Notes: generated from the letters alone by a model not told the origin. DNA of 64,000 nt from Eledone cirrhosa (GCA_964016885.1 OZ024741.1:379564001-379628000); one strand, 5' to 3'. Shown: positions 27,320-40,612, counted from the first letter of the stretch. Made by a program: numbers and translations.

Positions 27320-27950
27320 AAAGTTAATCAAGGCATCACCGAAGAGGTATGTGCTCGTCTTCAGCCCTTTAGAACACTGGACGAGTGCATGCAGGACGGT
27401 TTTGTCGCCCTGCGCCCATCTCGGATATGCCCGGGCGATCGCACTTCCATGCCTGTACAGTTTATCCCGAACTGGCAAAGCTCCTCAGTAGCACTGCCAG
27501 GCCAGTGATTTCTGGAAATTGTCCATAGGCCCCGGCCCGAAAGTTCTTCCGAAGAGATTGGCTAGTTAATTTTCGTCGACGCCTAGACTTTCATGTGAAA
27601 AGGAAAATCAGGGTAGAGAGGGAAGTGCTCTCATCCCAGCATGTTGCTGAAAGATGGGGAGAGAGGCAAGAATGGCCCGAGTGAGTATATGTATGTAAAC
27701 TGAAGGTGGAAAACTGTGAGAGGGCACTTGCGCTGGTGGTCAGGGTCACCGTGGCTTTTTTTAATGGGCTTTCTCAACGATGGCCCTCGGATATCTCCCC
27801 CGAATTGGGGAATTTTTCATTGTTCTTTTTTGTTACATCCTCTCTTTTTTTTGTTTTTTACACGCAGAAATGCCCATTTGTACTGTCCTGCATTGTCCTG
27901 TACTGTACTTAATGTCTACATTGTGTAAACCCTTCTGGTTAATAAAGAAA
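27320..27950 (+). mobile_element. Probable L1/Tx1-type LINE 3' remnant
   Basis: FHVKRKIRVEREVLS..ERW-like coding remnant, AATAAA at 27941; related remnant at ~54070-54470. Confidence 0.4.
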
Positions 27951-27977
27951 TCCTTATTATTATTATTATTATTATTA

Positions 27978-28036
<59 letters not shown>

Positions 28037-28046
28037 GTTGTTGTTG

Positions 28047-28473
28047 TTCTTTGAGTCTCAGTCATAGATGTTTAATACCTGGAAAGTTTGTTGAAATGAA
28101 TATCAAGCCACTACCTGCAGCCTCAGATATTCAGGACGTATCGGAGGATTATTGCTGTTCCCAGGAAGCATCCCTTTTGAAGTGTTCCAAAAAGCGGGGC
28201 GGGACCAAATTTTCTTTATCCATCCTTGGAAACTCTTTGAGATAGTACCTAGTGCGCCTATGACAATCGGGAGCACTTTGACCTCATGGCAGTTCAAATC
28301 CTTTTTACCTCCCACTTTAAGTGCTGGTATCGGTTAATTTTCTCCCTCTCCTTCTCTTGCACTCTCGTGTCGAATGGGCAGGCTACCTCCACAATCAGGC
28401 ACGATCTTTCTCCCTTGTCCAAAACTACCAGGTCAGGACTATTGTGTTCCAGTTTCTTGTCCGTCTGTATCCT
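28047..28473 (-). mobile_element. Dong/R4 element, short 3' fragment
   Basis: RIQTDKKLEHNSPDLVVLD..ACPFD RLE region; near copy of the 3' end of the adjacent element; bounded by (TAA)n. Confidence 0.9.
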
Positions 28474-28502
28474 TATTATTATTATTATTATTATTGTTGT
28501 TA

Positions 28503-31159
28503 TTCCTTGAATCTCAGTCATTGATGTTGGTTAACTGGAAAGTCCGTTGGATTGAATATCAAGCCACTACCTGCAGCCTCAGATATTCAGGACGTATCGG
28601 AGGGTTCTTGCTGTTCCAAGCAAGCATGCCTTTTGAAGCGTTCCAAAAAGCGTGAAGGGGCCGATTTTCTTTAACCATCCCTGGAAACTTTTGGAGATAG
28701 TCCCCAGTGCGCCTACGACAATCGGGATCACTTTGACTTCATGGCAGTTCCAAATCCTTTTCACCTCCCACTTTAGGTCCTGGTATCGGTTAATTTTCTC
28801 CCTCTCCTTCTCTTGCACTCTCGTGTCGAACGGGCAGGCCACATCCACAATCAGACACGATCTTTTTTCTTTGTCCACAACCACCAGGTCAGGTCTATTG
28901 TGTTCCAGTTTTTTGTCCGTCTGTATCCTAAAATCCCACAGCACCTTCACCTGATTGTTCTCCATCACCGCCTCTGGCCTATGCTCATACCATTTCTCAG
29001 AATGTGGTAAATTGTTTACTTTGCACAGGTGCCAGTGGATCACCCTGCCCATCACATCGTGTTTCCAGCCCTTATAGTGGGTCTGGGCTAGGTGTTTACA
29101 CTCGGACACAACGTGAGCCACAGTCTCCACTCTCTCTCCACAGATCCTGCACAGTGGGCTAGCCTCCTCCTTGTAAATATGGTGCTTCAACCACTTCGTT
29201 TTGAGGACCTGCTCCTGCGCAGCCATTAGCATTCCTTCTGTAGCCTTTTTGAGGTCTCCTCTTCTCAACCAGTTCCATGTCTGTGGATCTCTAAATTCAG
29301 TTTTCTCAAAGAAGGTACTATGAAGGGATTTTCCCTTAAGGCTGCTCTTCCTCCTTGATGTTATTTCCTCCTTGGACATCCCCTGGCCTATTGTCCCCTC
29401 CTTCAGTACAGCTCTGAGCATTGGCTCCTTACTATAGGTCACGTATTTGTATAGGTTGTTTTTCTCCATCTGAACACAGTCCTCTATGCTGATAAGACCT
29501 CTTCCACCCTCAGATCTCCTTAGGTAGAGTCTATCGACATCACTCCTCTTGTGGAACATGTTGTAGATAGTCAATAGCTTCCTAGTCTTCCTATCCATTT
29601 CTTTTTGTTCAGCAACATTCCATCTCAGAATTCCCGCACTGTACCTAATAACAGACACAGCTCGGGAATTTACTGCGCTTATGGCATTTCTGCTGTTCAG
29701 ATGTGACTTCAATACGCTCCTTACTCTCCGAATGTATTCAGTTCTTAACAATTCCTTCATTTTTTTGTTCTTTATGCCATCAGCCTCCAGAACGCCCAAA
29801 TACTTGTATCCTTCCTCCGAGTCAATTTCCTTTATCATCTCACCTGTTGGTATCTGGATCCCGTTACTTCTGCTCAACCTACCCCTCCTCATCACAATGA
29901 GTCCACATTTACCAATACCAAACTGCATACATATATCACTGCTGAAAATACGGACAGTGTCAACAAGCACATCCAACTCCTTCTCACTTTTCCCGAAGAG
30001 CTTAAGATCGTCCATGAAGAGGAGGTGATTGATGGTAAGCTCTCCCCTTCCCAACTTGTATCCTGCTCTCACTTTTCGCAGCATGATGGTCAAGGGCATC
30101 AGGGCAAGGACAAACAACAGAGGGGACAGGCTATCTCTCTGGAAGATACATCTCTTGATCTTCACGCTTCCCAAGGATACTCCAGTTGATGTCAACTCTG
30201 TCTCCCAGGACCCCATACTCCTGCCCAGCAACTGGCTGATGTTATCTGCCACCCTGAAGATCTCCAGGCTTTTGGTGATCCAAGAATGAGGCACCATGTC
30301 AAATGCCTTTCTGTAGTCTATCCATCCCATGGCAAGATCAGTGTGTCTCCTCCTGCAATTCCCCATTACCATCTTATCAATAAGTAACTGGTCCTTTGTA
30401 CCACGTGACTTCTTTCGGCATCCTTTCTGTTCGTCCGGTAACAAGTTGTTTGTGTGGAGGTGATGGTAGATTTCCTCAGACACAATGCTCGTCAACAGTT
30501 TCCACATTACGGATAGACATGTGATAGGTCTATAGTTGGTAACATCATTACCCTTGATTCGGTCTTTCATTATCAGAACTGTGGTACCTTTTGTCAACCA
30601 CTCTGGCACCTCACCCGACACCAAGCAGTCATTGAACATGGCTGTCAGCTTCGAGTGGGGGGATGTTAAATGTTTAATCCAATACCCCTGCACACCATCT
30701 GGGCCTGGTGATTTCCAGTTGGTTAGTTTTTTGGCCTGCCCCTTAAGAGTTTCAACTGTGATACTCAAATCAGTCTGTTGTTGTGCCTGCTCACCGATCT
30801 CCCTCTGTACTGTCTCAATCCACCCTGCCTGGACATTATGTCTAACATCCTGCTCCCATATTCCTCTCCAGAATGTTTTAGTTTGCTCCGTCCCAGGGAT
30901 CAAGTCGTTGCCTCTTTCTTTCCCCTCAAGCTGTCCAAACAGCATCTTCTGGTTGTTGTCGAACATGCGGTTCTGTTTATACTGACTGACTCTGTTCTCA
31001 TATCGCCTGATTTTTGCACTCTTTGCTACAATGCGTTGCTTCAGTTCCTCTATGATAATATTTAGCTTTTTCCTCCTCGTTTTGTACTTTATTTCCAGTC
31101 TCTTTTTAGTGTCTGTGTTTTTTAGTGACCCATTCAGTAGGGACTCAAGCTTTCCAATG
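28503..31159 (-). mobile_element. Dong/R4 non-LTR retrotransposon, 5'-truncated, in (TAA)n
   Basis: Long open RT-RLE frame flanked by (TAA)n tracts. Confidence 0.92.
28579..31158 (-). CDS. Reverse transcriptase + CCHC zinc knuckle + restriction-like endonuclease (5'-truncated; Met-initiated part 28579-30966, 795 aa)
   Basis: NYRPITCL, WIDYRKAFDMVPH, IFQRDSLSP, HLLFMDDLKLF, YKYLG, CRICG..ETVAHVVSEC, RPDLVVVD..IVDVACP; the frame stays open upstream of the Met to ~31158. Confidence 0.88.
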   Translation of the reverse strand: MGKLESLLNGSLKNTDTKKRLEIKYKTRRKKLNIIIEELKQRIVAKSAKIRRYENRVSQYKQNRMFDNNQKMLFGQLEGKERGNDLIPGTEQTKTFWRGIWEQDVRHNVQAGWIETVQREIGEQAQQQTDLSITVETLKGQAKKLTNWKSPGPDGVQGYWIKHLTSPHSKLTAMFNDCLVSGEVPEWLTKGTTVLIMKDRIKGNDVTNYRPITCLSVMWKLLTSIVSEEIYHHLHTNNLLPDEQKGCRKKSRGTKDQLLIDKMVMGNCRRRHTDLAMGWIDYRKAFDMVPHSWITKSLEIFRVADNISQLLGRSMGSWETELTSTGVSLGSVKIKRCIFQRDSLSPLLFVLALMPLTIMLRKVRAGYKLGRGELTINHLLFMDDLKLFGKSEKELDVLVDTVRIFSSDICMQFGIGKCGLIVMRRGRLSRSNGIQIPTGEMIKEIDSEEGYKYLGVLEADGIKNKKMKELLRTEYIRRVRSVLKSHLNSRNAISAVNSRAVSVIRYSAGILRWNVAEQKEMDRKTRKLLTIYNMFHKRSDVDRLYLRRSEGGRGLISIEDCVQMEKNNLYKYVTYSKEPMLRAVLKEGTIGQGMSKEEITSRRKSSLKGKSLHSTFFEKTEFRDPQTWNWLRRGDLKKATEGMLMAAQEQVLKTKWLKHHIYKEEASPLCRICGERVETVAHVVSECKHLAQTHYKGWKHDVMGRVIHWHLCKVNNLPHSEKWYEHRPEAVMENNQVKVLWDFRIQTDKKLEHNRPDLVVVDKEKRSCLIVDVACPFDTRVQEKEREKINRYQDLKWEVKRIWNCHEVKVIPIVVGALGTISKSFQGWLKKIGPFTLFGTLQKACLLGTARTLRYVLNI

Positions 31160-31180
31160 TATTATTATTATTATTATTAC

Positions 31181-34100
31181 AGTCAGTTGCATTTATCTTG
31201 CTTTATGTTCATACGAGTTATCACCAAGTCACAACCAGTGACCTCAAGAGACAACAAGGTTCGCCATGTTCAAGAAAGAACATACATACTCACACATGCA
31301 TCTTTAGGTGTTTAGACTTGTGATGTAATTATATTGACAGAATCTTCCTTAGTATATGGGCTCTAATTGCATCTATTTTTCGGTCTGTTTGGATGCTAAA
31401 ATTCGACAAGATTGAGATGTGATCTTTTTCAAGTATGGGAGGTGGTTGATGCTCCCACCAATTCTTTTGATGGGGCAGGTCAAAATGCTTGTACATTATC
31501 CAATGTATGTATTGTGCAGCTCTGTCATGCCTGTTTACGTATTCAGTTGGAGCTATAGGACTGCACATTGAAATTATATGGTCAATGGTCTCTGGTTGTT
31601 TTTTACATACACGTCATAATGGGCTGTATCCATTTTTTATTATGTTGGCTTGGTCATTTTTTGTTGGCAGACATTGATCTTGTGCTGATATAATCAGTCC
31701 TTCAATCTCCGATTTCAGTCCAGAGGATGCCAACCACTGATGGGTTAAAGTTTTGTCAACATCAGAATTGTTAGCTCGTTCTGGGTAGTTTCCATACAGA
31801 GGCTGTTCTTGCCATATCTTAGCCAGTTTCTGTAGCAGTTCTTTCTTTGCAGTTACTTTTACCTGCTTTGCTTTTTCTGTTTCCATTTCAGCAGTAAATG
31901 GGACTTCTGAAATTTGTAGTCCATTACTGTATCTTTGTGCATCTTTTGTAATGGAATATGATCTTTTGATGCTTTCGTGTTTCAAAACGAGTTTGATCAT
32001 CCAATCATGTGATTCCCTTAGATATATAGATAATACAATTGTTGAAGTTTTCAACGCAATGTCTAACTGGATTAACCCACGTCCTTCTTCTTTCCTAGGG
32101 AGATATAATCCCTCTGTATCTGCCTTAGGGTGATGAATTCTGTGCATGGTTAAGAATTTTCGAATTTTTGTATCGAGCCTACGGATCTCAGTGCTTGACC
32201 AGTTGATGACATTGTAACTGTAGGTATGGCAAGCGTGTTTATGGCATCGATCCTATTATGGCATCGATCCTATTCCTTGCATTCAATTCCGTTCTTACTC
32301 TGCAGTAACATTCCTTCCTTATCCTTTCCCTCATTGTCGAGTGCTTGATTCTCTCTCCTTCACAATCACCTAGATATTTGTAAGTTACCTCTTGATCAAG
32401 TTCTCTTATCACATTCCCCCGATCAAGATTAATGTCTGAATTTTTCAGCAGGTTTCCTCTGGTGAACGTTGCTTTGGCGCATTTATCTAGTCTAAACTCC
32501 ATTTTAATGTCATCACTGAACTGCTCCACAGTGGACAATAGCCCTTGCAATTGTTCATCACTTTTTGCAAATAGTTTCAGGTCATCCATGTAGAACAAGT
32601 GATTAATGGTTTTGTCATAGACTTTATATCCATGTTTTGTTTCATTGAGCATTTAACTTAATGGTATAAGTGCGATGCAGAATAAAAGCGGTGATAAAGA
32701 GTCACCCTGAAAAATTCCACAATTAATATTAACTTCTCCAGCTTCCAGTGATTTTGTTTCACTATTCAAAAGGAGTGTCGTTTTCCATGTCTTCATACTG
32801 AATGACAAAAACCTCCTGACAACGGGGGATATTTTGAAAATCTCTAAACATTTTTCAATCCAACTGTGTGGCAAACTATCTAATGCTTTTTTATAATCTA
32901 TGCAAGCAATTGATAGATTTTGTGTCTATTATGACCATCTTCCAGTATCATTTTGTTAACCAAAAGCTGATCCTTACAGCCACATGAGCCTCGTTTACAC
33001 CCTTTCTGCTCAATGGGAAATAGGTCATTTGTTATCAGGTGGTCATATGTGTATTCAGTTAGGACTGATGTTAAAATTTTATACATTGTGGTCAAGCAAG
33101 TTATCGGTCTGTAATTTTTGGGATTGTTTGTCTCATCATTCTTCGGAAGCAGGAATGTAATGCCGTTAACTAGCCATGATGGTATATTTTCTGGCTCCTT
33201 AACTATTTCATTGTAAAGGTGGGCTAACAGCTCATGAGACTGTGAAGGCATTTATCCAAACATTTTATATTTTGTCTTTTCCTGGGGATTTCCATTAGCT
33301 GGTTTTTCTTAGAGCCAAACGCAACTCTTCAACTGTTATATTTTCCCATATTTGTTCCTCAAGTTGAGCTGTATCTTTCATTTGACTGTCTATCCATGGT
33401 GCATGTATATTATGAACTTTTTCTTCGGCCCAGATCTTTTCCCAGAATTCTTGCACTTCCTCCTTGGGTGGTACTGATTTAGTAGTTATTGTTGACTTAC
33501 CAATTTTTCTGCAGAAGTTTCTTTTGTTGGTTTTGAACATATTATTGACCTTATAGAATCTAGATCGTTTTTCAAAGCGCCTTATACGAGCAGCTTTGGC
33601 CGACACTTTTTGCTTGATTATTTCTATCAGCATGTCTATGTTACTTGTTGATTTTATACTGTACTTTCTTTTCAATTTTCTAAGTTTAGTTTGTTTAACA
33701 TGTTCACCTACTTTATAGTTTGTTAACATTTCTATGTCAGATCGGAGAAGTTTTACTTGGCGCTTGATGTTCTCTTGCCAAGTAGATTTCTTGTGGGAAT
33801 TCCTTTGTTTTTTCATCTTCACTCCACATAAGTGAGTGGTGGCTTTAGCCGATGCATAATAGAGATGATTTAAATCAGTAATGTTTAGTTTGTTTGTGAT
33901 GAAAATGTTTTTGAGAATTATGTTAGTCTTGTGTATTATCTTTTGGATCTGTTTTGAGTTCTGGATCTTAGGGAGGGTGTCTCGTTCCCCCATGTCAGAT
34001 TCTTTCATTTTCATTCATTCGATCATAATTTCATCCTTCAAGTTGGCAAGTTCATTCTCATTCATTTCTTTATCATTTACGACCTCATTGTTTTCATTTG

Positions 34101-34855
34101 GAGTTTCATCTTGAGCATGCACTCCCTCCACTTCTTCGATCCTTTCTTATATTTCTTCTGTTGTCAGTGATTCCGCCCCAACCCTGGGATTCGAAGTGTT
34201 ACAATTTACCTCGTTTTCACTGACACATGTTTCATTTTCCCTTCGCTAACTTTGTACTAATAGCTTGATCTGATCAATTTCTATATCAGTTACTAACTTT
34301 TTTCTTACAATATTTCTTCGTATATTGGCTAGTTTGTTACTGTCAATATAGCCGCTGTTTTCGGGATGTTTCTTTTTCCAGTTGATATATGTCTGTTCTG
34401 TATTCGATGTATTTGATGGGTAGTACATGGCAGCGTAGAAAGCCTCAAGGACTTCTTTATTATCTTCCCTTGACCATTTTTCTCTCTTTTTCTTTCGATT
34501 TCTTGGTGGTGAGCATGGAGGGCCAACAGTAGGAGTATTCCGGTTATGGGAGGTCTCCAGCTCCGAAGTGATGGGAAGGTTTGAACCATTAGCTGATTTT
34601 TCGACCCCAGTCTTGTTCCTCTCTGAGGGACGCGGCCCTTTTTGACCCGGGTGACGGCCGATCCGGTATGAGATTTTATCATTAGACATTTACTTTATTT
34701 TGTCGCGTTTTATCCTTATCCGCCAAAGGGTAATCATCTCGTGTTACCGCTTCTAGGACGAGTGTCAACCAAGACTAGAAGGGTCGTCCTCCCCTAGAGC
34801 CACGGCTATTCCCCGCCGGCCGCCATCCCGGTATTTCTTGGTCACGGGGTTTTCT
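31181..34855 (-). mobile_element. Second Dong/R4 family element, near full length, with stops/frameshifts
   Basis: ATG at 34689; fragments NYRPITCL, GIFQGDSLSP, HLFYMDDLKLF, YVNRHD, IQTDRKIDA; GC-rich 5' UTR 34690-34850. Confidence 0.88.
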
Positions 34856-35699
34856 TTTTTGTTGTTTTTTAAATTGTTATTATCATGAGTGGTTCCTTAA
34901 TGTGAGCATTGCGTGGCTTAAGAATGAAATTATTAATAATACAATATACTTTTTGCTGAAGTTGCCTGTCATTGTTGTTGGCTGTGTCGGTGGTGGTGCT
35001 GGGACTTGTTTCTATTGTTGGTGGGGAAGGGGGGCGCCAGCAGTGCCATAGTCGTAGACATTTGGTCGCTGCCCGGTTCACTAAGTCAATCTATTTATAT
35101 ATTTTGCTAGCCTCTCCCTTGTCTAGTGATACCGCCACATTCCCCTTTCTTAAGTTAACAGAAGGTAATGGGGGAATAGTGGTGGTAGCAATGAAGAAAT
35201 GGTGGCGGCGGTGATGGGATAGTGGTAGCAATGATGGATGAAGTGGTGGCGGCGGTGACTATAGTGATGGCGTTGTCGTTACTGAGTTTTGTTTCATCTG
35301 TGTATCTATGCGTTTGTCGCGTATGTTTAATATATGTGTTGACATATTTCTTAATATTGGTTTTAAACTTTTTGTGAAAACTTGAGACAATAAAAATAGT
35401 AATTATTATTATTATGCTGGGATTGGTGGGGGTGGTGCTGAAATTGCCGTTATCTGGCTGTTGTATCTAGTGTACACAGAGGGCTGATGGGATAGGTGGT
35501 GTATCTTGTTTGTGGTTTTCTTCCATGTATAACCATTTTCTTTTTTGAATATAAAATGTATAATACAAAATTAAATATTTTAGCGATATAACATGATATT
35601 ATGGATCCGAATTTTCTGAGACTTGAGTCTGGTGCTTTATGTATCATTTGTCCTAAGAATTGTTATTTCACAATTGATTTAAATATGTTAAAAATCAAA

Positions 35700-35829
<130 letters not shown>

Positions 35830-36914
35830 TATGTGGTGTTGTATTCACCATCGTCGCCGTTGATCCTTTTCCTAACGTTTAAAGAGACAATATATATATG
35901 CAATTTATTTCAATCTTCCTTTAGGTATTCCAATATAATCCATGTCCTTCTCACTCTTGTTGGAGGAACCTCCACTGCGTACTATTTGATTTGTGTTATG
36001 TCAGGTGTACCGCTGTAGTCACCCCGCTTAACCAATTGCGTGTTGTCGAGTCTATTTAACCCATAGTTGGGGGTAGATGTCCGTTGCTTCTGAGGTATTC
36101 ATCCGCCCTTTCAACAGCCCTTATTTTGTTTCTGCTGCGTGGTTTTTACTTAGAAACTGGTGGTGGAATGGTTTTGTCACCGATCGCTCGAACAGGATTA
36201 AGTGTGTGCTGTTTGGTGATACATATACGACATAAACGCGTAGACATATTCATCTCTACATAGTAATATATCTGAAACTCCACATGTATTGATGATCATT
36301 TTTATAAACAAGTTTAGCTTATCATTTACTAAGATGTAGATAACGTATGTGACAACAAATGAGGGATAATTTCAAACTACCTATAAAAATGTACCACAAT
36401 ATCACAAATGACTGAGTAAAGAGAATCCATATTTTTTAAATGTATGTATCTTTCTTACAAAACTACTTGCAACAGTTAATATTACTTTCTAACGTAAGAA
36501 TACACAAAATTTGTATTTGTATTTGTATTTACTCATATTTCCCATCATTTTGAAACTGTATTGGCAATGCATAACGATATTCGTAAACGAATTGGTTCGG
36601 TCAAATACATATCCGATGCTTTCAACAATGCGTATTCTAGTGTTTGAAAAATGGAACAAACCTTTCATGAAATTGATGTGAATTCTACAGATATGTCTTT
36701 AGAATTGTGTACTAATCGTCGAACACTGCATTTTAATTTTGAAGTAACATGATTTCGACAGACAACAAACAGTTTCGTTTCTTCAATTTCATTTAATATT
36801 CCACGGGTTAAACAGAGGCTACGGTAATTGGCACCTCCCCAAAATGCAGTGTAGTGTATTCGAATCAGAGAAATTGTGATTGCGAAGTAAGCTTCTTAAT
36901 TATTGGTTCCAATT

Positions 36915-37330
36915 CCATCAATTGTCATGCACATCGGTTAAAGAATCAATGAGGAAGCTTCCCATCCAGCTCCCTCTGTCCAGCATTAGCATGTGAATTT
37001 CCCTAGCCTCCAACCCTTCAAGACCATCCTTCAGTATGATGTTTGGTTTCCTAATTCGTCTGCATGCATCTGGTTTCCGGAGAAGACCTCTGCCAGTAGG
37101 TTCATTGTGAGGTTTCACGTGTCAAGCTAATGCGAGCCTCGGTCGTCAAATGTTATCAAAGCGAAGGTGTACATGGTAGAGTGCTTTACAGGCTACGTGT
37201 GTTTTCCAGGAGATGCTTTAGCCTAATTTTGTTGTTTTCGTGGTCAGAGATACCCACACCTTCAATAGCCTTATTGGAAAATATCACCAAAGAAGCAGAA
37301 GATATGTTACACATGGTGTAGTTCTGCAGC
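36915..37330 (-). mobile_element. Degenerate RTE-like LINE 3' fragment
   Basis: Remnant C-terminal coding (LLRKPD..RRIRKPNI..KDGLEGL..MLDRGSW) resembling 47401-47694. Confidence 0.45.
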
Positions 37331-38014
37331 GCCAGCCATTGGACTCTAATTCAGTTCAGCCAAAATAACATTCATGCATCTCAAGGCAAAATCAAATGAC
37401 CAACTCCATGCACTAGAAAAAAAATATGAGATAGACAACAGGGTAGGCAATACATGCAAAGCCTTATTGAAGATGTGCGTCTCTCTGGGCAAGTATACTG
37501 TGAACCTTAGGCTATTCCATCATTACGTAAACAAACAACCGGTCTGCTGTATGTCTTTTATAACCTAAACTGAATGTCCTCTACCCGTTAGTTATAACAA
37601 TGGACAGTTATTAATATATATCATAGAATAGAATAGAATCCAGTAGAAGAGAATATAGCACCATAACTCATTTATATGTTGATATGTAAACAAATGATTA
37701 AGTAATATTTTTGATTCAGATTTTACTACTGACATTGTGTAATATATGTATGTACGATCTCGTGCTAAGTTGTGTGTGAAACATGGCATTAATATATCAT
37801 CAGATCTACACATTTACCATCATTTTATTAAACCAGTCACAAGTATTTTCGAATTGAATTCAAATATATAGGATACTTATTGTAATTGAAAATACGATAA
37901 AGTCTTGAAGTGTTTAAGAGATATACAGTTATATCTTTCAGCTTCTTTAGGTTCTTGAAAGGAAACATTGAAAACATTATTTTCAAAATGCAATAGTGTT
38001 GCGTCTTATAAGCA

Positions 38015-38340
38015 GGCAGATATGGTTGTTGATCTGAAGGATTAGTTTCTACTTGTACTTAAAACTCTTGTGAGGGTGTAATTTCGATTATCAGATCGGG
38101 TGATGCGTTGTGCTCTTGAGCAAGACACTTTATTTAACGTTGCTCTAGGTTACTCAGCTGTTGAGATGAATCGCCACGTCAATGGTACCAAGCTGCATCA
38201 ACTTCAACCCTTCCCTCGAATAACAACGGTGGCGTGAGGAGGGGAGACTGGGCGAGTGCTAATCTTCCTCAAATTAATTTTCCTGGGCTTGCACCTCAGA
38301 GTAGAGCATTCTAGATAAGAATCCCATAGTCATTCGAGAC
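38015..38340 (+). mobile_element. Second SINE family, diverged
   Basis: gtgctcttgagcaagacactt central-domain-like motif after a decayed tRNA-like head. Confidence 0.45.
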
Positions 38341-38384
38341 CTAGGGTGTACTCATATATATATGTATCGCATAAGAAACGGAGA

Positions 38385-38545
38385 ATCAGTGTTGCGACGA
38401 ATAAAATTTATTAGACATATTACAATCGTTACATATTACAGATACCTCTCATTTCTGCTTCGAGCTGGTCGCCAGAAAAACGATTGTAATTTGTCTAATA
38501 AATGTTATTCGTCGCAACACTCATTCTCCGTTTCTTATGTGATAT
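38385..38545. repeat. Palindromic MITE-like element
   Basis: cataagaaacggagaatcagtgttgcgacgaataa..acaatcgtt / aacgattgt..ttattcgtcgcaacactcattctccgtttcttatg (~65-bp arms). Confidence 0.75.
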
Positions 38546-38623
38546 CATAATCTGCTCTGTAAGAGCGTCGAGTGTTGAAAGGGCCTAACGCATACGGACG
38601 CTTTAAGCATCCAACACCAGTTA

Positions 38624-38701
<78 letters not shown>

Positions 38702-39347
38702 TAAACGGAAAAGAAAATGCTGACCAATTGTTCACAGTGAAAAATAGTTTAATTAGGAATAAGTGAGAATTAGTAATAATATTGGTTAGTATTCAGTTTT
38801 GGTTTTAAGTTTTACCGGTTGCGCATTTCTAATGCTTTTCAAAAATAATTTTGAGATAGAGCGTCCGTGATGTTTGCTCTAATCTGATTAGTTTTGGAAA
38901 TTCTACCTGTTTTTATGTTAAAGAAGTCGCTCCAGCGGTATTAAAATAAGTTTTGCGCCAATTCGTGTTGCAGAAATTCTTGTGGTCAAAACAATTTTGA
39001 TTGTTCGGTAGAGGTCATGTGAATGTTAAAAATTGATTTTGTGCCAAATGTAGGTTTGTGTCGGCTGATTGAGAAGTCACTGAAAAATAAGTCTTTCAAA
39101 AGAAATATGTGTGTGTGTGTAGTAATAGTAAAGAGGTTCGTTGTTGTGATAAAGGTCAGCAGCGATGTGTATGCGAACTGCAGCCTGTTGACAGTTCAAT
39201 GCCTATTAAGACAAGTGTGTGTCTGTGTGTGTGTGTAGCAGAGTAATTCGTGGTAGAGGGATGGTCAGTAGGGATGTGTCTGTAAGTGTGTGGGGGATAT
39301 TTTAACATGTTAAAATATATTTTTCAGCTGTTGTCTTATACGGAGGA

Positions 39348-39378
<31 letters not shown>

Positions 39379-39649
39379 TGTGGGGGGGGACCAGCAATTA
39401 TTTTTGTGGTACTGGTGAAATGGTGTACATTATTCGATATTTTCAGTAAAATCGACTCTCTTAATAGAACAACAATAATAAAAGGTGTGAAATGAATATT
39501 AACTTCACGATGGAATACAGCCATCAACAACTCCCCTTCCTCGATATCCTCATTTAGATCCATAACAAGAAAATAGAAACAGACATCAAACTTCTGTTCA
39601 AATCATCTATTAGCTTACAAATGGTTTGAAGAGAACTTTCATTCATGTA

Positions 39650-39695
<46 letters not shown>

Positions 39696-39775
39696 ATACT
39701 TTGGGAGGGTCATGTTGCCAATAAGAAACACACGCACCAGTTTTTTCACTTCAATTTATTATATACCATATCAAA

Positions 39776-40612
39776 ATGAACATACTGATTGCGGATTTGG
39801 TACGGGTGATGATAAATGTGTCCCGCATGTGCAACCCCGAAGAACTAGAGAGACACATACAACACTTCATCCACCGTATGCAGTTCTCTGGCTACAATCA
39901 GAGAGATAGAATCAGAGTGTATAAAGGAGCCAGAACCAAATGGGAAAAAATGGTAAATAATGACATAAATGGGACCTGCCCCTTGTATAGGAGCAAATTT
40001 TGGAATAGAATAGAAAGAACTAGGAACAAGGCCAATAGAATAAACTCATGGTATGATAGCAATAAATACCAGAGTGTAATGTTCATCAATACAACCCCTA
40101 GAGGCGAACTAGCCTACAAATTTAGAAGGGCCCCAAATAAACATAATCTCAATATTAAGATAGTAGAAAGACCTGGTACCTCCGTAAAAACACTTATTAG
40201 CAAGACATACCCGTTCCAAAGACCCTCATGTATAGATAAGAAATGTATAACCTGTAAAATAAGCCCCCATATTAACTGTAAAACTAGAAATGTAGTGTAT
40301 AGCATAAGATGTACTGAAGGACAATGTAGAAACAAAAATATAGTGTACATAGGTGAGAGAGCTCGTAGAATAGGGGAACGAATAAATGAACACTGGCGAG
40401 ATCTCCAAGATAATAAAGAATCATCTGTGCTCTACCAACATGCTAAGATAGAACACAGGGGTAGATTAGAGAGCATAGAAATAAAAATAGAATCCACACA
40501 CAGAAAAGACGCAATGTTTAGGCAAATTACAGAGGCAGTAAGCATAAAAGAATTAAAACCAAAATTAAATAGAAAATATGAGTGGAACAGCAACATCACA
40601 ACTTACAATTAA
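39776..40612 (+). CDS. PLE polyprotein C-terminal fragment: RT thumb, Cys-rich linker, GIY-YIG endonuclease (278 aa)
   Basis: CITCK..CKTRNVVYSIRC...IVYIGERARRIGERINEH...RQITEAVSI..KPKLN. Confidence 0.8.
   Translation: MNILIADLVRVMINVSRMCNPEELERHIQHFIHRMQFSGYNQRDRIRVYKGARTKWEKMVNNDINGTCPLYRSKFWNRIERTRNKANRINSWYDSNKYQSVMFINTTPRGELAYKFRRAPNKHNLNIKIVERPGTSVKTLISKTYPFQRPSCIDKKCITCKISPHINCKTRNVVYSIRCTEGQCRNKNIVYIGERARRIGERINEHWRDLQDNKESSVLYQHAKIEHRGRLESIEIKIESTHRKDAMFRQITEAVSIKELKPKLNRKYEWNSNITTYN

Noticed and set aside
35924-36018. Possible exon with hydrophobic peptide (YSNIIHVLLTLVGG...SGVPL)
   Set aside because: Good acceptor, but no convincing donor or partner exon and an in-frame stop; homology not recognisable.
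38700-39600. Additional PLE body
   Set aside because: Only a short LPFLDILI-like RT remnant (~39490-39590) is recognisable; extent cannot be supported.
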